Source: Dehalococcoidia bacterium (GTDB lineage Bacteria > Chloroflexota > Dehalococcoidia > Lucifugimonadales > Australimonadaceae). Taken from it: DNA of 64,000 bases. The position numbers were made by a program, and so were the translations under genes. Below, piece after piece: positions 1-7,899 of the stretch (its first letter is position 1; every line of letters begins with the position of its first letter). Where the stretch lies: assembly GCA_034422595.1 (NCBI GenBank), contig DAOUJO010000017.1:2303-66302 (forward strand), written 5' to 3'. The notes under the pieces were generated by a model. The model did no database searches and was not told where the DNA came from. It saw only the letters and a program-made list of their open reading frames with translations.

Positions 1-578
1 GTGGCTACCTGCATCCGGCGTGCCCTGCCGATGGCGGGGTGCGGGATGTCGCCGTCGCCCGCGATCTCGTTGGACGTGTCCACGATGATGACGCGCTTGC
101 TCGCGTCTGCCAGGACGCGGGCAAGTTCACGCAGGATGGTGGTCTTCCCGACGCCCGGTCTCCCGACGAGGAGGATGCTCCTGCCGGAGAGAGCGAGGTC
201 TTCGATGACGCGGGCGCTCCCGTGCACCGCACGTCCCACCCGGCACGTCAGACCGATCACCTCGCCACGCCGGTTGCGGATGGCGGATATCCGGTGCAGG
301 GTGCGTTCGATGCCTGCGCGGTTGTCGTCGCCGAAGTCGCCGACACGCGCCGTGACGTGGTCGAGGTCCTCGCGGGAGACGTCGGCGCAACCGAGGTGGA
401 TGTCCTTGCCGGCGAACCGGGCCTGCGGCGGCCTGCCTAGGTCGAGCACGACTTCGAGCAGGTCATCAGGGTCGGGCTGGCCCTCGATCGCTTTGCGGAT
501 CGACGGCGGCAGCACGTCGAAGAGGTCCCGCCGTTCCCTGTCGGTTGCTTCAGGAGTCGTGTGTGGAGATGTCGTCAT
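1..578 (-). CDS. AAA+ ATPase of the Ycf45/SpoIIIAA-like (R3H-associated) family, N-terminal part; 3' end runs off the left window edge
   Basis: Not in the supplied ORF track. Hand translation of the minus strand from ATG 578-576: MTTSPHTTPEATDRERRDLFDVLPPSIRKAIEG...LLVGRPGVGKTTILRELARVLADASKRVIIVDTSNEIAGDGDIPHPAIGRARRMQV. It carries Walker A GRPGVGKTT and the IVDTSNEIAG block typical of this family. The + ORF 1..582 is its antisense shadow. Confidence 0.6.
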   Translation of the reverse strand, partial: MTTSPHTTPEATDRERRDLFDVLPPSIRKAIEGQPDPDDLLEVVLDLGRPPQARFAGKDIHLGCADVSREDLDHVTARVGDFGDDNRAGIERTLHRISAIRNRRGEVIGLTCRVGRAVHGSARVIEDLALSGRSILLVGRPGVGKTTILRELARVLADASKRVIIVDTSNEIAGDGDIPHPAIGRARRMQVA

Positions 579-587
579 ATGAACTGC

Positions 588-1499
588 TTATGCCTGTACG
601 GGTTTCATGAACGGCTGGTGCACCTGCCGTGCGACCGGCTTGATCGAGACTTCGTAGGTGCTGTCCGACTGCCAGCCCAGGCCCGCGAGCGCGGTGGCGA
701 GGTACGGCTGATACGTCGGAACGATCCAGCGGGCCGGTGAGTCGCGGCCGATGACTCGTGCCACACCCTCGACCAGCATCGGTGCGAGTCCAGGAAAATC
801 CGGGTGCAGGGTGGCCTCCACGGTAAGGGAATCGTTCGTTCGGTCCAGACGCGCCCATGCGCTGAGCCCGCGTTCAGTATCGCACACGTACTCTCTGGTC
901 CTCCCTGGCGAGGGCTCCCTGGAGGCTTCCCATTCCCGGAGGGTCAAGCCGATGGCGGGCCTGGAGGCGATGGGAGCGGTGGCCATCTGCAGGCGGAAGA
1001 CGTCGTGCGCGTCGCTGTCGCGTATGGGGCGGAAGTGCATCGGCGTACTCTGCACAGACCGCAGCCTGCCGACGAACAGCTCCTCCGCGAAGGCGTAGTG
1101 GAAGCCCGCCCTCTGGGCAGGGCCGCATGCAGGGCCATCAGCCGCGCAGCGCAGAAACAGGCGCTCAGCACCCGACTCTCCCACCGCCGATGCTGCCGCC
1201 AACAGCAGTTCGTCCAACTGGGAGTATCCCTTGGCCGAGGCGAAGAAACCGGAGACTTCCCAGACCGTAGCCGCCTTCCGCGTCTGCACTATGGCGAGGG
1301 CTTCCAGCCATCCGTTCTCGAACGAGCCGAGCACCTTGCGACCGGGGCCGTTGGACATGCTGTAGCAGGCCGCCGCCCCCCTTGTGAGCTTCCGGGTCCC
1401 GTATCCGATCGATGCCCGCGTGTAGACGAGGTCTCTGCTGTTCAGGCGGCCCTGCAGCAGTTGACAAGGCGCATCGGTCATACGGAACCGGCGGATCAT
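588..1499 (-). CDS. hypothetical protein, 303 aa (at most a weak acetyltransferase-like resemblance)
   Basis: Long ORF with G/C-ending codons. Its ATG (1499-1497) overlaps the pdxT stop in an ATGA junction, and it ends 9 nt before the next minus-strand gene. I can assign no diagnostic motif. Confidence 0.55.
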   Translation of the reverse strand: MIRRFRMTDAPCQLLQGRLNSRDLVYTRASIGYGTRKLTRGAAACYSMSNGPGRKVLGSFENGWLEALAIVQTRKAATVWEVSGFFASAKGYSQLDELLLAAASAVGESGAERLFLRCAADGPACGPAQRAGFHYAFAEELFVGRLRSVQSTPMHFRPIRDSDAHDVFRLQMATAPIASRPAIGLTLREWEASREPSPGRTREYVCDTERGLSAWARLDRTNDSLTVEATLHPDFPGLAPMLVEGVARVIGRDSPARWIVPTYQPYLATALAGLGWQSDSTYEVSIKPVARQVHQPFMKPVQA

Positions 1500-2092
1500 G
1501 GGACGGCACCCACCGGAAGCATCTCCAGGAAGTAGCGGTGCATCCGGGCGTCCCCCGTCAACTCGGGGTGGAAGGCGGAGGCGAGCAGGTTCTCCTGGCG
1601 CACGACAACAGGGGTGCCGTCTGCCAGCGCAGCGAGGGTCTCTACGCCGGGCCCGGTCTTCACGATGAGGGGAGCGCGGATGAAGACGGCGTGCACGGGG
1701 TCGCCGGGGATGCCGGTGATCGCCAGTTCCGTCTCGAACGAGTCTATCTGCCTGCCGAACCCGTTCCGCCGTACGGTGGCGTCCATCAGCCCCAGGGGCT
1801 CGGGACGGTCTTCCTCGAGGCGGGAGGCCATGAGGATGAGTCCGGCGCAGGTGCCCCAGAGCGGACGCCCACTTCGAGGGAAGGCCTGCAGCGGGGCGCG
1901 CATCCCGTAGGCGTCCATGAGCTTCGCCATGGACGTGCTTTCCCCGCCGGGGATGATGAGCGCGTCTACGGCGTCGAGTTCATCCGTCCTGCGCACCTCG
2001 ACAGCGGACACGCCCAGACCTCGGAGCGCTACGCAGTGCTCCTGGAAATCGCCTTGGAGCGCAAGTACGCCGACGGTTGCCGTTGCGGTCAC
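1496..2092 (-). CDS. pdxT: pyridoxal 5'-phosphate synthase, glutaminase subunit PdxT
   Basis: 198 aa. Motifs GVLALQGD, IIPGGESTSM, WGTCAGLILM and FHPELT of the PdxT/SNO amidotransferase. GTG start verified at 2092-2090. Lies directly downstream of pdxS. Confidence 0.9.
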   Translation of the reverse strand: MTATATVGVLALQGDFQEHCVALRGLGVSAVEVRRTDELDAVDALIIPGGESTSMAKLMDAYGMRAPLQAFPRSGRPLWGTCAGLILMASRLEEDRPEPLGLMDATVRRNGFGRQIDSFETELAITGIPGDPVHAVFIRAPLIVKTGPGVETLAALADGTPVVVRQENLLASAFHPELTGDARMHRYFLEMLPVGAVP

Positions 2093-2110
2093 CTCGTCGT
2101 GTGTTCTGGC

Positions 2111-3019
2111 CTACCAGCCGCGGGTCGCGAGCTCCTGACCGGGTGCGAGCGAGCGAGCGCTGATACCGACCATCGGCTCGCCGAGGCCCTTGGATGCCTC
2201 CGCGATAGCCTCGGGGTCGTCGTAGTGAGTGACTGCCTTGACGATGGCCTTGCCCCGTTCCGAGGGGTCGCCGGACTTGAAGATGCCCGAGCCCACGAAC
2301 ACGCCGTCCGCGCCGAGGTGCATCATCAGCGCGGCGTCGGCGGGAGTGGCGACCCCGCCGGCGGCGAAGTTCACCACGGGCAGCCGTCCGAGACGCTTCG
2401 TCTCGCGCAACAGGTCGAGCGACGCGCCGATCTCCTTCGCGTAGGCGGTGAGTTCGTCGTCACCCATCAGCTGCACGCGGCGGATCTGCTTCATCACCGT
2501 CCGCATGTGGCGGACAGCCTCGACCACGTCGCCGGTGCCGGCCTCGCCCTTGGTGCGGATCATCGCCGCGCCTTCGCCGACGCGCCGCAGCGCCTCGCCG
2601 AGGTCACGGCAGCCGCAGACGAACGGCACCTTGAAGTCGTGCTTCCAGACGTGGTGCTCCTCGTCCGCGGGCGTCAGCACCTCGGACTCGTCGATGTAGT
2701 CGATGCCGATGGCCTCGAGTATCTTCGCCTCGACGAAGTGGCCGATGCGCACCTTCGCCATCACGGGGATGGTCACGGCCTTCATGATTGCCTCAATCAT
2801 CGCGGGGTCGGACATGCGGGCCACGCCGCCGTCCGCCCGGATGTCGGCAGGGACGCGCTCGAGCGCCATGACGGAGCACGCACCGGCGTCCTCGGCTATC
2901 TTCGCCTGCTCGTCGGTCACCACGTCCATGATGACGCCGCCCTTGAGCATCTGAGCCAGTCCCGCCTTGACGGAGAACGTGCCCGTCTCTTTGCCGTTGT
3001 CGATACCGTTGGTACTCAT
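2111..3019 (-). CDS. pdxS: pyridoxal 5'-phosphate synthase, lyase subunit PdxS
   Basis: 302 aa. [37 protein letters not shown] and [18 protein letters not shown] are classic PdxS/SNZ blocks. ATG 3019 is preceded by GGGAGG. Confidence 0.95.
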   Translation of the reverse strand: MSTNGIDNGKETGTFSVKAGLAQMLKGGVIMDVVTDEQAKIAEDAGACSVMALERVPADIRADGGVARMSDPAMIEAIMKAVTIPVMAKVRIGHFVEAKILEAIGIDYIDESEVLTPADEEHHVWKHDFKVPFVCGCRDLGEALRRVGEGAAMIRTKGEAGTGDVVEAVRHMRTVMKQIRRVQLMGDDELTAYAKEIGASLDLLRETKRLGRLPVVNFAAGGVATPADAALMMHLGADGVFVGSGIFKSGDPSERGKAIVKAVTHYDDPEAIAEASKGLGEPMVGISARSLAPGQELATRGW

Positions 3020-3098
3020 GCCGTACCTCCCGCATCAGTATACGGCGTACGAGAGAGGCGCTCAATCGGGGAGCGGCGCGGGGTGAGGCGGGAGCGCC

Positions 3099-4805
3099 CT
3101 ACAGCTCGTCGAGCGTGAGGAGGTCGCGCACCGCCGCCACGACGCCGTCCGCGGGCACCTGCGCGGCCTCGTCCGCACGGCGCCGCTTGATCTCGACGAC
3201 GCCCTGCTTGAGGTTGCGCGGGCTCACGACGATGCGCACCGGCAGACCGAGGAGGTCGGCGTCGTTGAACTTCACGCCAGCCGACTCGGGGCGATCGTCG
3301 TAGAGGACCTCGCAGCCTGCCGACGTGAGCTCCCCGTACAGCGCGTCAGCCGATGCGATGACGTCGGGGTCGGAGGCGTTGAGCGCGAGGAGGTGCGCCT
3401 GGAACGGCGCGATGGGCGCGGGGAAGATAATTCCCTTGTCGTCGTGGTTCTGCTCGATGGCGGCGGCCAGCACCCGCGTGACGCCGATGCCGTAGCACCC
3501 CATCACCGGCGGTTTGAGCGTGCCGTTCTCGTCCAGATAGTCCACGCCGAGCGTGGTGGTGAAGAACGTGCCGAGCTTGAAGACGTGCCCCACCTCGATG
3601 CCGCGCACCGCCTTGAGCGCGCCCTGGTTGTCCGGGCTGCCGTCGCCCTCGCGGGCGGTCGCGATGTCCACGGCCTCGTCGATCTGGAAGTCGCGCGGGT
3701 AGTTCACGTTCTGGTAGTGCTTGTCCGGCTGGTTCGCACCCGCGGCGAAGTTCGTGCCCTGCATGATGGAGTTGTCGGCGATGCGCCGGATGCCCGACAG
3801 GCCGATGGGCGAGGTGGAGCCCGGGGTCAGTCCCGCTGCAGCGACCTCCTCCGCGTTGGCGAGGCGCAGGTCGATGCAGTGGAGGTGGTTCTTCAGCTTC
3901 ACCTCGTTGACCTCGATGTCGCCGCGTATCGTCACGAGGACGGTCTCGTCGTCCGCCTGATAGAAGACGGCCTTGAGCGTCTGCGACTCGGCTATGCCGA
4001 GGTACACGGCGAGGTCCGCGATGGTGGTGATGCCGGGCGTGTCCACGAGCTCCAGCGGGCGCGGCTCGTCCTCTTCAGCGGGGGCGATGACCGACGTTGC
4101 ACGCTCGACGTTCGCGGCGTAGCCGGACTCCTCGCAGTAGAGGATGACGTCCTCGCCGCTCGGCGCGGGCATGATGAACTCGTGCGAGTCCTTGCCGCCG
4201 ATGGCGCCGCTGTCCGCCTCGACCTCGATGGTGGGCAGGCCGCAGCGGCGGAAGATGTTGCGGTACGCCACGCGCATCCGCTGGTAGGTGACGTCCAGCC
4301 CTTCCTGATCGGTGTCGAAGGAGTAGGCATCCTTCATGACGAACTCACGACCGCGGAGCAGACCTGCGCGGGGGCGGGGCTCGTCCCGGAACTTGGTCTG
4401 TATCTGGTAGATGTTGAGCGGCAGGTCCCTGTAAGACTCGACGTGCGCCCCTGCGATGGCCGTCACGACCTCCTCGTGGGTGGGAGCGAGCACCATGGGG
4501 CGTTCACGCCGGTCGAACAGGCGGAAGAGGTTGCCTCCGAACGCGGCGGCGCGCCCCGACTCCTCCCACGTTTCGAGGGTCTGCAACGCGGGCATGAGTA
4601 CTTCCTGCCCGCCGGCTGCGTTCATCTCCTCCCGGACGATGCGCTCTATCTTCTTGATGGAGCGCAGCGCCAGCGGCAGGTAGGAGTAGACCCCCGCGGC
4701 TGCCTGCAGCATCATGCCCGCCCGGAGCATGAGCCGGTGGCTCGCCGTCTCTGCCTCGCTGGGGTCCTGTCTTAAGGTGCGTGAGAGAAACTCTGTCGCG
4801 CGCAT
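3099..4805 (-). CDS. proS: proline--tRNA ligase (bacterial type with editing insertion)
   Basis: 568 aa. The N-terminus MRATEFLSRTLRQDPSEAE..HRLMLRAGM, the motif-2/3 regions (FRDEPRPRAGLLRGREFVMKDAYSF; GCYGIGVTR) and a C-terminal anticodon-binding domain fit ProRS. Confidence 0.95.
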   Translation of the reverse strand: MRATEFLSRTLRQDPSEAETASHRLMLRAGMMLQAAAGVYSYLPLALRSIKKIERIVREEMNAAGGQEVLMPALQTLETWEESGRAAAFGGNLFRLFDRRERPMVLAPTHEEVVTAIAGAHVESYRDLPLNIYQIQTKFRDEPRPRAGLLRGREFVMKDAYSFDTDQEGLDVTYQRMRVAYRNIFRRCGLPTIEVEADSGAIGGKDSHEFIMPAPSGEDVILYCEESGYAANVERATSVIAPAEEDEPRPLELVDTPGITTIADLAVYLGIAESQTLKAVFYQADDETVLVTIRGDIEVNEVKLKNHLHCIDLRLANAEEVAAAGLTPGSTSPIGLSGIRRIADNSIMQGTNFAAGANQPDKHYQNVNYPRDFQIDEAVDIATAREGDGSPDNQGALKAVRGIEVGHVFKLGTFFTTTLGVDYLDENGTLKPPVMGCYGIGVTRVLAAAIEQNHDDKGIIFPAPIAPFQAHLLALNASDPDVIASADALYGELTSAGCEVLYDDRPESAGVKFNDADLLGLPVRIVVSPRNLKQGVVEIKRRRADEAAQVPADGVVAAVRDLLTLDEL

Positions 4806-4814
4806 GGGGACAGT

Positions 4815-6293
4815 CTACACACCCGCTTCCTGGTGCTTGTAGAGCCCCAGTTCCAACGGCTGAAGGTCGTCGCCCACGTGCGCTTTGATGGCGTCGAAGA
4901 AGTCCAGGTCCCACTCGCTTACGAACGTAAGAGCGGTGCCCTCGCGTCCCATGCGGGCGGTGCGCCCGATGCGGTGCACGTACTCCTCGACGCTCTCCGG
5001 GATGTCGTAGTTGATGACGTTCTCGACGGTGGGCACGTCTATGCCGCGGGAGGTGAGGTTGGTGGAGACGAGCAGCTTGAGCGCCCCGCTGCGGAACTGC
5101 TGCATCACGGCGTTGCGCTCTCCCTGCGGCAGCCCGCCGTGGATGGCCGCAGCTTTCACCCTGCGCCGCCCCAGTGTCCTCACTAGCCAGTCCACGTCGT
5201 CCTGCGTGCGGCGGAAAACGAGCGTCTGCTCGTCCTCGTCGAGCACGTTCAGGAGCGCGGTCAGCTTGTCGCGGCTGGCGACCTCGCAGTAGCGCTGCGT
5301 CACCTGCTCCACGGGCTCGGACTCCTGGCCGACGCGGAACGTCTGCGGCTCCTTGAGATAGGAGTAGATGAGCCGCTTGATCATCGTCGGGATGGTTGCG
5401 GTGAACAGCGCCGTCTGCCGCGAGCGCGGCGTGGAGCGCAGGATGCGGCGAACGTCGGGCAGGAAGCCGATGTCCAGCATCTGGTCTGCCTCGTCGAGCA
5501 CCACCATCCGTGCGCGGTCCAGCCGGAGCACTCCGCGGTCCAGCAGGTCGATCACGCGTCCGGGCGTCCCGACGACTACCTGCGCGCCGTTCTGGAGGGC
5601 CGTTATCTGCGGCCCGATGCGCGCCCCGCCGTAGACTGGCACCACCTGCGTGCCGCGGTATCTGCAGATCTCCGCGACCTCGTCCGTGACCTGCCGCGCC
5701 AGCTCCCGTGTCGGCACGAGGACGAGCGCCTGTACGAACGGCTCGCGAGCATCCACGAGCTCAGCGATGGGGATGCCGAACCCGGCGGTCTTGCCGGTGC
5801 CCGTCTGCGCCTGCCCCACGACGTCCTCGCCGTTCAGCAGCGGCTCTACGACGAGCTCCTGGATGGGCGTGGGGGACTCGTAGCGCATCTCGTCCAGCGC
5901 GCGCTTGATGGGCGCGGAAACGAGCACGGGACCGAACGGCAGGTCACGGGGTGACGGCTCCTGTGGGGGAGGAGCAGGCTCGCGCCTGCGCCTGTTGCGC
6001 GGAGCGTCGCTCGCGGGGCGTTCCGGCGCCGGTGCGTCGCTCTGACTGCCCCGGCCTCTGCCGCCGCGACTGCGGCGCCGCTTGGCGGAGGGCGCATCCG
6101 GCGGCTCGGCGAGCGCAGCGGCGCGCGGCGGCGCCTGCTGAGCAGGGCGCGGCTCGGGGGCTTCCGCCGCTCTCGGCGGCTTGCGCCGTCGAGGCCTGCG
6201 TCCGCCGGTCTGGTCCGTTGGGGGCGCGGACGGCTCGCTCGCAGGAGGCGCGCCAGGCTTCTTGATGAAGCGTGATACGAGACTTCGGAACAT
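4815..6293 (-). CDS. DEAD-box ATP-dependent RNA helicase with a ~118-aa Arg/Pro-rich N-terminal extension
   Basis: Q motif (YESPTPIQ), motif I AQTGTGKT, DEAD (VLDEAD), SAT-like TAT, and HRIGRTAR. The ORF is open to 6368. I place the start at ATG 6293 (MFRSLVS) because TAGAAT (6304-6309, minus) lies 10 nt upstream. Confidence 0.85.
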   Translation of the reverse strand: MFRSLVSRFIKKPGAPPASEPSAPPTDQTGGRRPRRRKPPRAAEAPEPRPAQQAPPRAAALAEPPDAPSAKRRRSRGGRGRGSQSDAPAPERPASDAPRNRRRREPAPPPQEPSPRDLPFGPVLVSAPIKRALDEMRYESPTPIQELVVEPLLNGEDVVGQAQTGTGKTAGFGIPIAELVDAREPFVQALVLVPTRELARQVTDEVAEICRYRGTQVVPVYGGARIGPQITALQNGAQVVVGTPGRVIDLLDRGVLRLDRARMVVLDEADQMLDIGFLPDVRRILRSTPRSRQTALFTATIPTMIKRLIYSYLKEPQTFRVGQESEPVEQVTQRYCEVASRDKLTALLNVLDEDEQTLVFRRTQDDVDWLVRTLGRRRVKAAAIHGGLPQGERNAVMQQFRSGALKLLVSTNLTSRGIDVPTVENVINYDIPESVEEYVHRIGRTARMGREGTALTFVSEWDLDFFDAIKAHVGDDLQPLELGLYKHQEAGV

Positions 6294-6380
6294 ATACACG
6301 TCCATTCTATCAGAGTAGTGCTTCGAACCCGCCTGCTTACGCGTGCGCGGTTCGCTACATAAGGACACTCGTTGGCGGCG

Positions 6381-7763
6381 TTACCGGAAGAACCCCGCCT
6401 GCAGCCGCTCCAGCCACACTTGCCACGTCTGTAGCCAGGCTTCCAGCCAGGTGATGAAGTCGGACAGCGGGTCAGGAGTCGGTGTTGGCGTCGGGGTTGG
6501 CGTTGCCGTTGGGGTGGGCGTCGGCGTCGGTGTTGCCGTCGGCTCCGGCGTGGGGAGCGGTATGGGCGTGGGGGTTGGCGTACCGGTGTCCGGTGTCGGA
6601 GTGGGGGTGGAGCCCGGAGGAGGAACGGCGGCGTCCGCGGCGTCCACGAACGTCGTGTTGCCGGTGCGGTCCGTCGCCTCGAACTCGAGGTTGAACGTCC
6701 CGCTGCCGCCGAGGTTCACGTCGACCGAGAGGGCGTAGGCAGCGCCGGTCTCGATGACCTTCCAGCGGCTCGTTCCGTAGGGCGTGATGTCGGCGGCGTC
6801 TCCGCCCTCGCGGCTGAGGAAGGCGTGGATGTCGGCAGCGCCTCCGCCGGGCGTGGAGCGCGGCTCGTGCGACGTTAACTGGTCGCCGTCCGCGTTCACC
6901 GGGCGTGGGTCGCCGTCGCCGGAGGGCTCGAACTCCCCGTCGTGGCGCAGTCCCGATCCGTCGTCGCGCACCTCGAACGAGAAGTTCACGACGACCGAGC
7001 GGAAGTAGCTGTCCGGCTGGGGGTGGAAGACGCTGATCTCCGGCCCCTCGCCGTCAACGACCAGTTGGATGGAGGAGGAGACCCCCCGAACGTTGATGGC
7101 GAGCCTGTCGCGGTCCACCGACCGCAGCACGGCGAGGGCGTCCGTGCCCGCGGCGTAGGCGTCGCAGGCGGGGCCGTCGGCGTTCTCCGTGTCCCTTTCG
7201 GCGAGCTCCACGACGCCCTGGTAGGTGCGCGCCCCGTCGACCGGCGCCTCGCTCGTGAGCGCGAGCGGGACGGTGACGGACTCGCGGGAGTCCCGGTTGA
7301 AGACGGTCGCCTCCGCACAGGCGCCGTCCGCGATCCCGGGGACGGTAGCAGTGATGAGGACGGCGTTGTAGGCCTCGCCCTGGTTGGAGACGTACAGGTC
7401 GTTGTTGGAGAAGGTGTTGCGGGGGTCGGCGCCGCCGGCGATGTAGGCGGCGTCGCCTGCGGTTATCGAGCCGCTCGTCGCTATGCCCGAGGTCACGCCG
7501 TCCTGCGCGTCCACCACATCGGCGAAGACGGCGACGGTGAGGGCGCTGCTGCCGGAGCCGGTGCTGAGCCTGCCCTCGGTGTAGTTCGCCGGAGCGGGCG
7601 ACGGAGTGAGTAGGATGAGCGCGGCCGCTGCCAGCAGGGCAAGGATCGGCACTCCTGCGAGTCGAACCGAGCGCGCCGGATGCGGCCTTGTGAGCGGTCT
7701 GGCGCGCAGACGCACGCCTGGCTGGGGGCTGACAGGAGAGGCGCTATCGAAAAAAGGTGCCAT
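6381..7763 (-). CDS. secreted/envelope protein of unknown function: N-terminal signal/anchor, beta-rich body, Pro/Thr linker, C-terminal Trp-rich amphipathic helix
   Basis: 460 aa. Hydrophobic segment GVPILALLAAAALILLTPSPAPA-NY. The C-terminus is ...TPTPTPTATPTPTPTPTPDPLSDFITWLEAWLQTWQVWLERLQAGFFR. ATG verified at 7763-7761. I recognise no family. Confidence 0.6.
   Translation of the reverse strand: MAPFFDSASPVSPQPGVRLRARPLTRPHPARSVRLAGVPILALLAAAALILLTPSPAPANYTEGRLSTGSGSSALTVAVFADVVDAQDGVTSGIATSGSITAGDAAYIAGGADPRNTFSNNDLYVSNQGEAYNAVLITATVPGIADGACAEATVFNRDSRESVTVPLALTSEAPVDGARTYQGVVELAERDTENADGPACDAYAAGTDALAVLRSVDRDRLAINVRGVSSSIQLVVDGEGPEISVFHPQPDSYFRSVVVNFSFEVRDDGSGLRHDGEFEPSGDGDPRPVNADGDQLTSHEPRSTPGGGAADIHAFLSREGGDAADITPYGTSRWKVIETGAAYALSVDVNLGGSGTFNLEFEATDRTGNTTFVDAADAAVPPPGSTPTPTPDTGTPTPTPIPLPTPEPTATPTPTPTPTATPTPTPTPTPDPLSDFITWLEAWLQTWQVWLERLQAGFFR
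6474..6626 (-). repeat. low-complexity Pro/Thr-coding tract (linker of the secreted protein)
   Basis: Encodes VPPPGSTPTPTPDTGTPTPTPIPLPTPEPTATPTPTPTPTATPTPTPTPTP. It produces a spurious Gly/Val-repeat ORF on the opposite strand (6343..6738). Confidence 0.85.
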
Positions 7764-7783
7764 TGTGTGCCATTGTGTGCCAC
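7757..7783 (-). repeat. 10-bp tandem direct repeat GTGCCATTGT (2.7 copies) overlapping the start codon of the secreted-protein gene
   Basis: Read directly: ggtgccattgt gtgccattgt gtgccac. On the minus strand this is TGGCACACAATGGCACACAATGGCACC, with the annotated ATG inside the last unit. Confidence 0.9.
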
Positions 7784-7844
7784 GCAGGAGTGGCAGCGCC
7801 TCGCCCGCAAGGGACGGCCCGCACGCTCACCGGTGTACACGACC

Positions 7845-7874
7845 ATGGTAGAGCGTGCGAGCCGCACAGGGCAA
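7845..7874 (-). promoter_or_regulatory. candidate sigma-70-type promoter TTGCCC-N18-TACCAT for the secreted-protein gene
   Basis: The minus strand reads GTTGCCCTgtgcggctcgcacgctcTACCATGG. The N18 spacing matches the rpmH and 5S promoters in this window. Predicts a ~75-nt leader. Confidence 0.4.
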
Positions 7875-7899
7875 CGAACGAATGGCAGAGCGTTCTTGC

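Noticed and set aside
1-582. 193-aa ORF on the plus strand at the left edge
   Set aside because: The minus strand of the same region translates into a convincing Walker-A ATPase with a proper ATG at 578. The plus-strand product is Arg/Ser/Pro-rich nonsense.
6343-6738. ORF encoding GVGVGVGVGVAVGVGVGVGV repeats (and the similar one at 32161..32664, minus)
   Set aside because: These are the reverse complements of the Pro/Thr linker-coding tracts of the secreted protein and of TctC. They are not independent repeat proteins.
7757-7783. Sigma-54 promoter-like sequence TGGCACACAATGGCA on the minus strand
   Set aside because: It resembles TGGCAC-N5-TTGCA, but the -12 element is TGGCA rather than TTGC. 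The motif also overlaps the start codon itself, leaving no room for a transcript 5' end. It is better explained as part of the 10-bp tandem repeat.
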